In this document: positions 18,586 to 24,091 of the stretch, piece by piece
Position numbering within the stretch: the first letter of the stretch is position 1
How the letters are laid out: each line of letters opens with the position of its first letter
Assembly: GCA_005776735.1 (NCBI GenBank)
Contig: SXOM01000167.1
Span: 1-32,064 of the forward strand
Origin: Pseudomonadota bacterium
GTDB lineage: Bacteria > Myxococcota_A > UBA796 > SXON01
Length of the DNA: 32,064 nt
Reading direction: 5' to 3'
Position numbers and translations under genes: made by a program
The notes under the pieces: generated by a model
Database searches by the model: none
What the model saw: the letters and a program-made list of their open reading frames with translations, nothing else
Told to the model about the DNA's origin: nothing

Positions 18586-19029
18586 TCAGTCGTAGAGGCC
18601 GAGTTCGTCCGACAGCCCGGTCAACTCGTCCAGCGCGGCACGGCGAGCCTCGTCGTCGCGCCTCTTGAAGGCGAGTACGTCGGCGAGGCGAATCCGTCGA
18701 TGGGTGCCGACTCGCCGGTGCGGGAGCTCGCCCGCGTCGAGCATTGCGACGAGGTGGGGACGGGAGACGTGCAGGAGTGCGGCTGCTTCGTTGGTCGTGA
18801 GCTCCTCGTCGTCGGCGACCACACGCACCGCGTGCCCGTTGCCGATGGTCTCAAGGACGTCTCCAAACACTTCGACGGCGGCGGCAGGCACCACGATCTC
18901 GATCACGCGTCCGGCGCGATCCTGGACGCGAAGAACGGCGTCGGCGGGACTCGACACGTCCGCCAAGGCTTCGCCGGCCTGGCGGGCGGTTCGCACCGTG
19001 TCGCGGTCCGGGGTGGTGTGGATGGACAT
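18586..19029 (-). CDS. Excisionase-like HTH_17 DNA-binding protein, antitoxin partner of the PIN toxin
   Basis: ELTTNEAAALLHVSRPHLVAMLDAGELPHRRVGTHRRIRLADVLAFK...ALDEL..LSDELGLY; 6 nt upstream of the PIN gene. Confidence 0.88.
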   Translation of the reverse strand: MSIHTTPDRDTVRTARQAGEALADVSSPADAVLRVQDRAGRVIEIVVPAAAVEVFGDVLETIGNGHAVRVVADDEELTTNEAAALLHVSRPHLVAMLDAGELPHRRVGTHRRIRLADVLAFKRRDDEARRAALDELTGLSDELGLYD

Positions 19030-19035
19030 GGATCA

Positions 19036-19064
19036 AGGATAGCCACCGTACGGCCTAAGTGCAA
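19036..19064 (-). promoter_or_regulatory. sigma70-type promoter of the HTH_17/PIN operon (leaderless)
   Basis: Minus strand TTGCAC-17 nt-TATCCT-6 nt-ATG(19029); CCGTACGG palindrome in the spacer. Confidence 0.72.
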
Positions 19065-19109
19065 TATGTGAAACGCTGTCGCGCTCACGGATTCGGGCAC
19101 GCCGACGGC

Positions 19110-19402
19110 GGCGGGGGGCGAAGGACTCGAGCCACGGTGACCGGCCGAGGTCGAACATGGCAGCGGGGCGATGGGTGGCGAGGAGCGGGCCGAGGGTGGC
19201 GTAGTCGATCACCTCCTCGGGCGTGATCATGGCGACCTGGGCGCGGGCGAACCGCACCCGGCGGACGGGGGTGGTGCTCCCCCAGTCGGGGTTGTGGTAG
19301 TCGGTCCCCCGGAGGCTGGTGCCGCTCGAGTCCCAATGCAACCGGAGTAACTCCGGCCCGCGGCCCTCGTGCCAGAACGATTCGACGTGTATTGGGGATC
19401 AA
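19110..19402 (-). pseudogene. Frameshifted, 3'-truncated hypothetical gene coupled to the ART-like gene
   Basis: TTG(19402) overlaps the upstream TGA; removing one A from TTG ATC CCC AAT A gives MIPIHVESFWHEGRGPELLRLHWD...ITPEEVIDY...AAMFDLGRSPWLESFAPR, after which the sequence degrades; left boundary approximate. Confidence 0.5.
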
Positions 19403-19752
19403 GGTGCCGCCGTGAACGAAGCCACCACCTCGATCTCACCGACGAGCGCGTCGTTGAACGCTTCCAGCTCCTCCGCCGGGATCCAGTACTCCTCGTGCTC
19501 GCGCGCGCCGACGACGTGCCGCTCGTACCGGTCCAGGAACGCCTTCCGCACCGCGAAGCGCGTCACGAACCCGACGCCGCTCTCCTTGACGTTCCAGCGC
19601 TCGGCGATCTCCCGCGCGTAGGCCTCGTTCGTCACCGGGTAGAAGATCGGCTGATCAGGCAGACGGCGCGGCCAGCGCAGCCAGCCCGAAGCCGCTACGA
19701 GCGCGAGCTCCTTCGGGCCGGTGGGGCGAAACAAGGTGACGACGTCTTCCAC
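19399..19752 (-). CDS. Small 'ADP-ribosylation/crystallin J1'-type protein, probable ADP-ribosyltransferase-like fold
   Basis: 117 aa: VEDVVTLFRPTGPKEL...WP.RLPDQPIFYPVTNEAYAREIA..WN...GFVTRF.V...VG...H.EYWIPAEEL..FN; start supported by the paralogous copy with ATG at the same position (21770). Confidence 0.8.
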   Translation of the reverse strand: MEDVVTLFRPTGPKELALVAASGWLRWPRRLPDQPIFYPVTNEAYAREIAERWNVKESGVGFVTRFAVRKAFLDRYERHVVGAREHEEYWIPAEELEAFNDALVGEIEVVASFTAAP

Positions 19753-19809
19753 CCCGCCCTCGTACTCCCGCATCCACGGGCCGGCATCGTCGCCGGGCGC
19801 CTTCGGCGC

Positions 19810-19815
19810 TATGAT
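19810..19815 (+). promoter_or_regulatory. -10 element of the UPF0175/DUF3368 operon (leaderless)
   Basis: TATGAT-tgctgc-ATG(19822). Confidence 0.62.
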
Positions 19816-19821
19816 TGCTGC

Positions 19822-20094
19822 ATGTCCGCACCTGCCCGCACCGTCGATGTCGCCACCGCGCTGCCTTGGGGTCGCGCGGGAGAGCCCGACGTCCGCGCGC
19901 TGGCTCGCGAGCTGCGCCTGCTCTGGATCATCGAGGAGGTTCGCCAGCACCGCCTCGGGGTCGGCAAGGGCGCCGAGCTGGCGGACGTGCCCCGCGCGGC
20001 GTTCATGCGTGTCCTCGGGGAACATGGCGTGCCGGTGATCGACTACTCGGCCGACGATCTCGAGCGTGAACTCGGCACCTTCGGTCCCGGGTGA
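19822..20094 (+). CDS. UPF0175-family predicted antitoxin
   Basis: LARELRLLW..E....LGVGKGAELADVPRAAFMRVLGEHGVPVIDYSADDLEREL; GTGA overlap with the next gene. Confidence 0.85.
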   Translation: MSAPARTVDVATALPWGRAGEPDVRALARELRLLWIIEEVRQHRLGVGKGAELADVPRAAFMRVLGEHGVPVIDYSADDLERELGTFGPG

Positions 20095-20576
20095 TCGTCG
20101 TTCCGGACGCTGGCCCGCTGATCTACTTGGCGGGGGCGGGCCAGATCGAGTTGTTGCGGACCCTCTACACGGAAGTGGTCGTGCCACGGGTCGTCTACGA
20201 TGAGGTCACCGTCGGCGGCGCGGGGCTGACAGGCAGCGCGGAGGTTGCGGCGGCCGCGTGGATCCGGGTCGTCGACCAGGCTCCTGACGCCACGCTCCTC
20301 GGTCGCCTGGACGCAGGTGAGGCGGCGGCGATTCCACTGGCGGCGGCGTTGGGTGCGATCCTCCTTGTCGACGACGGGGAGGCGCGCGCTGTAGCCGGGG
20401 AGCGCGGCATCCCTGTCATCGGGAGCCTGGGCGTGCTGCTCGGTGCGAAGCAGCGGGGGCACGTCGCAGCGGTCCGTCCGGTTCTGGACCGGATGATGGA
20501 GCTGGGGATGTTCGTGTCATCGGCGCTCCGGGCGCGTGTGCTCGTGCTGGCGGGTGAGGGCGACGGCGGAAGTTAG
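20091..20576 (+). CDS. DUF3368-containing PIN-domain toxin
   Basis: IVVPDAGPLIYLA...VVVPRVVYDEV...LDAGEAAAI.LA...LLVDD.EAR..A...G..VIGSLGVLL.AK..G. Confidence 0.88.
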   Translation: MIVVPDAGPLIYLAGAGQIELLRTLYTEVVVPRVVYDEVTVGGAGLTGSAEVAAAAWIRVVDQAPDATLLGRLDAGEAAAIPLAAALGAILLVDDGEARAVAGERGIPVIGSLGVLLGAKQRGHVAAVRPVLDRMMELGMFVSSALRARVLVLAGEGDGGS

Positions 20577-20724
20577 AACTCCGCGAGTGGCTTCGGGGAC
20601 GCATCGAGGTCCGCGCGCGAGGCCGCTTACGGCGCTACTTCGCCGCCATCAAATACTCGAACTCCTCGATGGCGCTCTCCCCTGGATCGACCCAGAAAGT
20701 TCTATAATCATCCAATATGCCCAC

Positions 20725-20904
20725 TCAGCCAGGCCGCCACGGGCCGCCCGACGAGCCCGCGAGCCGTGCGTAGGCCTCGTTCGTCACCGGGTAGAAGCTC
20801 GGCTGCTCGGGCCGCCGAGGGGGCCAGCGCTTCCAGCGCGAAGCCGCCACGAGCGCGAGTTCCTTCGGGCCGGTCGGGCGGTAGAGGATGACGACGTCTT
20901 CCAC
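20725..20904 (-). pseudogene. Truncated second copy of the ART-like (J1) gene
   Basis: VEDVVILYRPTGPKELALVAASRWKRWPPRRPEQPSFYPVTNEAYAR, then unrelated sequence and TGA; DNA homology 20764-20947 to 19612-19795. Confidence 0.85.
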
Positions 20905-20981
20905 GGCTGCCCTGTACTCCCGCTCGCCGCCTCCGGCATCGTCGCCGCGCGCGCCTCGTTCTTCACGACGGCGACCGCGCG

Positions 20982-21000
20982 GTTATAACGTCGTTCATAC
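20982..21000 (+). promoter_or_regulatory. -10/operator region of the AbrB-Doc operon
   Basis: Palindrome GTTATAAC (contains TATAAC), imperfect repeat GTTCATAC 11 nt later, then GAGG SD before ATG 21011. Confidence 0.55.
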
Positions 21001-21010
21001 GAGGTGCCCC

Positions 21011-21232
21011 ATGGTCAAGACGCTCTCCCCGATCGGCAACAGCCTGGGACTCATCATCGACAAGGCGATCCTTGATCTTCTCGGGATCTCCCGCGACACC
21101 CCCCTGGACATCAAGACGGACGGGGAGGCGTTGATCATCCGACCGGTGCGGACCGAGGCCACCACCGTCGCCGACTCGACGCGCCGGATGATGGACGTGC
21201 ACGCGGAGACGCTGCGGAAGCTCGCGAAGTGA
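21011..21232 (+). CDS. AbrB/MazE/SpoVT-family antitoxin
   Basis: MVKTLSPIGNSLGLIIDKAILDLLGI.....LDI...GEALIIRP; C-terminal HAETLRKLAK; GTGA overlap with doc. Confidence 0.88.
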   Translation: MVKTLSPIGNSLGLIIDKAILDLLGISRDTPLDIKTDGEALIIRPVRTEATTVADSTRRMMDVHAETLRKLAK

Positions 21233-21633
21233 GGTTCCTGTCGGCCGCGGAGGTGCTGGAGATCCACGCGGCCCAGCTCGCACGCTTCGGAGGAGGGAGC
21301 GGCGTGCGTTCGCCGGAGCTGCTCGAGTCCGCGGTGGCGCAGGCGGAGGCGACGTTCGCAGGCGAGTACCTTCACGTGGACGTGTTCGAGATGGCGGCGG
21401 CGTACCTCTACCACATCGTCCAGAACCACCCCTTCGTGGACGGGAACAAGCGCGCGGGGCTGCTGAGCGCTCTCGTGTTCCTCGATCTGAATGGCAGGAC
21501 GGTCGGGGTCTCGGACGAGCGGCTGTACGCGATGACGATGGCGGTCGCGAGTGGGGAGGCCGGGAAGGAACAGGTCGCCGCGCTCTTGCGGGAGCTGGCC
21601 GAAGGCGCGTCGCTACCAGGGGATGTTCGTTAG
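21229..21633 (+). CDS. doc: Death-on-curing (Doc/Fic-family) toxin
   Basis: FLS..EVLEIH...FGG.SGVRS.ELLESA...AAAYLYHIVQNHPFVDGNKR (Doc-type motif). Confidence 0.92.
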   Translation: MRFLSAAEVLEIHAAQLARFGGGSGVRSPELLESAVAQAEATFAGEYLHVDVFEMAAAYLYHIVQNHPFVDGNKRAGLLSALVFLDLNGRTVGVSDERLYAMTMAVASGEAGKEQVAALLRELAEGASLPGDVR

Positions 21634-21692
21634 AACCCACCACGTCTCTCGCGGGCCCTTTCCAGGTCCCTCGACGTACGCGTTCAGCGGTC

Positions 21693-21894
21693 CTACTTCC
21701 AGCCGGACGCCGCCACCAAGGCGAGCTCCTTGGGGCCGGTCGGGCGGTAGAGGACGACGACGTCTTCCATGTCTGCCCTGTACTCCCGCTCGCCGCCTCC
21801 GGCATTGTTGCCGCGTGGGACTCCTCCTTCACCATCGCGGCCGTGTGGTCATTACATCGTTCCTACAGGGTGCTGCATGGTCACGACGCTCTCC
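21693..21894. pseudogene. Third copy of the ART-like 5' end (MEDVVVLYRPTGPKELALVAASGWK-stop, minus 21693-21770) plus decayed AbrB promoter and first codons (plus, ATG 21877)
   Basis: 21697-21894 aligns without gaps to 20831-21028 (about 33 mismatches in 198 nt by hand count); ATG GTC ACG ACG CTC TCC vs ATG GTC AAG ACG CTC TCC. Confidence 0.85.
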
Positions 21895-22829
21895 AGGACG
21901 TTCGGCGATACGCGATCCAGGAAGCGGGTGACCGACGAGCGCCACAGCGCGGCGTCTGCGGAGTAGAGGCCGACGTGGCCCGCGCTGGGGAACACGACGA
22001 GCTCAGAGGGTCCCGCCAGCGAGGCACGAATGGACTCGACCTCGGCGAGGTGTGCCCGAGGATCGTCCTCTCCATTGAGGAGCAGGGTCGGCGTATCGAT
22101 GTTCGCCGCGAAGTCGACAGGGTTCATCTCGAAACCGTTGAACCCGAGCTCGACCCCGCCCCAGAAGACCAGCAGCGCCGCTCCGGGTTGCGCGGGGAGG
22201 CCCATCGCCTCGAACCGGTGGCCGACCGTCGTGAGGAGCCGGTCATAGGGGTTCTCGAGGACCAGGGCGTCCGCAGCGGCACCCAGCACCCCGACCGCGC
22301 GCAGCACCGCGGCGCTCCCCATCGACTTGCCGAACAGCACCACACGACCGTCGCCTTGGTGTGCGTTGGCGAGCGCGGCGACGATGTCCGCCTCGGCCCA
22401 GCCGAGCGACGTGGTGTTGCCAGGCGACTCCCCGGATCCCGGGAAGTCCACCATCACCGTTGTCCAGCCCGCGGCGTGGAGCACCGCGGCCTCGTCGAGC
22501 AGGTCCGACTTGGACCCGCCGTATCCGTGGAACAGCAACGCCGTCCCTCGGCCTGACCCCGGAACGGTCCAGGTTGACACCCCAGCCTGTACCGTACTCG
22601 AGGCGACGAGGCCGACATCGACGGGAAGTCGGCTCACGGTCGGTCTCGGCACCACGACGCCGGTGAGGGCCACCGCGATGCGCTCGGTCGCGGAGAGGGC
22701 TTCTGGATTGCCGGTCTTCGCCCCATCCGATGCGAAGTGGGTGAACCGCCAGGCGTGCGCGGCGACGATGACGTTGCCGCATGCGAGGGCGACAGACGCG
22801 GCGAGTACCGCCTGGCGACGACGCGTCAC
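21852..22829 (-). CDS. Alpha/beta hydrolase (exported or membrane-anchored)
   Basis: 3' part of ORF 21852..23576; GTG 22829 then a hydrophobic segment; LFHGYGG, VDFPGSGES, GKSMG nucleophile elbow, LLLNGEDD, AGH. Confidence 0.85.
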   Translation of the reverse strand: MTRRRQAVLAASVALACGNVIVAAHAWRFTHFASDGAKTGNPEALSATERIAVALTGVVVPRPTVSRLPVDVGLVASSTVQAGVSTWTVPGSGRGTALLFHGYGGSKSDLLDEAAVLHAAGWTTVMVDFPGSGESPGNTTSLGWAEADIVAALANAHQGDGRVVLFGKSMGSAAVLRAVGVLGAAADALVLENPYDRLLTTVGHRFEAMGLPAQPGAALLVFWGGVELGFNGFEMNPVDFAANIDTPTLLLNGEDDPRAHLAEVESIRASLAGPSELVVFPSAGHVGLYSADAALWRSSVTRFLDRVSPNVLESVVTMQHPVGTM

Positions 22830-22923
22830 AGCAATCCGCCTGCGCGAGCCAAGAGCCTGGCCGGGTCGAGGTCGGGTCGGTTGATCCTGCTTTCCGCGTG
22901 CGCCACCCGCCCGCGACGCCCGA

Positions 22924-23874
22924 TCACGGGGCCACCCGGGTGTTGGTGGCGTCGATCTCGGCCTGGAACGCCGCGGCGACCCAGGCGTGCCCGCGTTCGT
23001 TGAGGTGCACCGCGTCGTTGGAGTCCCGTCGCAGCGCGACCGGGTCGGCGGGCCGCGGGACCATGGCGACGTCGAGCCCCGCCTCGCGGGCGATCCCGGC
23101 CAGCTCGACGGGGCGCATCCACGCCGCCTCCAGCCGCGGCACCATGCGCGTGATCGGCCGCAGTTCGGCGAGTCGCCGGAGCGCCGGAACGGCCCGGCGA
23201 ACCTCCGTCGGCGCGGCCGGGAGCGTGGCGCTCCGGCCCGTGCGCAGCGCGAGCTGCCAGCTCGTGAAGCGCCAGGCCTCGGAGTGGGAGAAAAGCCACG
23301 GCCAGTGCGCGTCCTTCCAGACCGTGAACTGGGTGGGTGGGGAGGCCAGCGCCCAGCGCCCTTGCACCCGCGTGGCGCGCCGCGGCGTGACGTCGCCGAG
23401 GTCGTTGCCGCAGAGGAGGAGCAGGGTTCGCTCGGGACGCAGCCGGTCGCCGAGCGCCTCGATGAGCGCCACCAGGTCGCTCGGGTGGTACCCCACCTCC
23501 GCCAGCACACACACGGGTGGGCCCCCGGTCCGGATCGCCAGCGGCCAGGCGTTGGCGAAGTCGGTGGTGCGGCCACCGGCGGTGGTCTGCGTGGTGGTGC
23601 TGTCGCCGAGCGCGAGCCAGTGGGGCCGGGTCAGGTCGCAGGTCCCCCACCGGCTCGTGAACCCCGTCGGGGTCAGGGTGAATCCGCGTGGGACGTAGTC
23701 CACAGCGCTGAGATCGACGCCGTGGGCCGAGCGTGGCACCGTGTCGGTACCGGGCATCCCGGTGTTGAGTCCCTGCCACAGATCGAGGTGCTCCCGCCGC
23801 GCCCAGTGCTCGATTGCGCCGAGCGTTCCGACGAGGACCACCGCCGCCGCGCCGAGCAGGCGGCGCCTACGCAA
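22924..23874 (-). CDS. SGNH/GDSL-type hydrolase with N-terminal membrane anchor
   Basis: LALGDS (block I), LCGND (block III), DAVHLNERGH (block V); start uncertain (TTG 23874 chosen; the ORF's ATG 23955 overlaps a TAGGAT -10-like hexamer). Confidence 0.72.
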   Translation of the reverse strand: MRRRRLLGAAAVVLVGTLGAIEHWARREHLDLWQGLNTGMPGTDTVPRSAHGVDLSAVDYVPRGFTLTPTGFTSRWGTCDLTRPHWLALGDSTTTQTTAGGRTTDFANAWPLAIRTGGPPVCVLAEVGYHPSDLVALIEALGDRLRPERTLLLLCGNDLGDVTPRRATRVQGRWALASPPTQFTVWKDAHWPWLFSHSEAWRFTSWQLALRTGRSATLPAAPTEVRRAVPALRRLAELRPITRMVPRLEAAWMRPVELAGIAREAGLDVAMVPRPADPVALRRDSNDAVHLNERGHAWVAAAFQAEIDATNTRVAP

Positions 23875-24016
23875 CGGAGCCCCCGCGCCCGCGTTGGGCG
23901 TCGCGCCGCGGTGGCTCGCAGGGAAGGCGCAGGGGAGCTCCGACGTGCAGGGCATCCTACCTCGCGGACGGCGGCTCCGAACGGCGCCGTGGGCCGGCCG
24001 GCGGACTCGGCGCGTG

Positions 24017-24030
24017 TCGGGACGGTCGCG
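24017..24030. repeat. REP-like repeat core, partial copy 3
   Basis: tcgggacggtcgcg, 14-nt exact core, in a divergent intergenic region. Confidence 0.5.
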
Positions 24031-24055
24031 GGCCGGACCCCGAGAGGTGAATCGG

Positions 24056-24064
24056 TGCTATGAT
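24056..24064 (+). promoter_or_regulatory. Extended -10 promoter (TGcTATGAT)
   Basis: 27 nt upstream of ATG 24092. Confidence 0.5.
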
Positions 24065-24091
24065 CGCGGCCTCTCGTCCCGGGACCGCAGC

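Larger units (their letters stand above)
18082..21894. mobile_element. tRNA-anchored accessory islet (TA-module cluster, no integrase in window)
   Basis: Begins at the tRNA CCA; three TA pairs, several truncated genes, internal repeats and locally AT-richer junctions; boundaries inferred. Confidence 0.6.

Noticed and set aside
18586-19029. Excisionase as evidence of a prophage
   Set aside because: Its size and coupling to a PIN gene match the HTH_17 antitoxin class; no phage or integrase genes nearby.
19399-19401. TGA read-through or selenocysteine fusing the ART-like gene to the downstream in-frame peptide
   Set aside because: No SECIS-like hairpin recognised; a one-base insertion after an overlapping TTG start explains the frame more simply.
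19030-19404. 9-bp direct repeat GGATCAAGG (19030-19038 and 19396-19404) as a target-site duplication
   Set aside because: One copy is part of a promoter and the other spans a stop codon; no IS ends or transposase; a 9-mer match is plausible by chance.
20572-21636. Integron attC interpretation of the GTTAGAAC sites
   Set aside because: Does not fit GTTRRRY, no paired RYYYAAC with an attC-like hairpin was found by eye, and no integron integrase is in the window; IntegronFinder would settle it.
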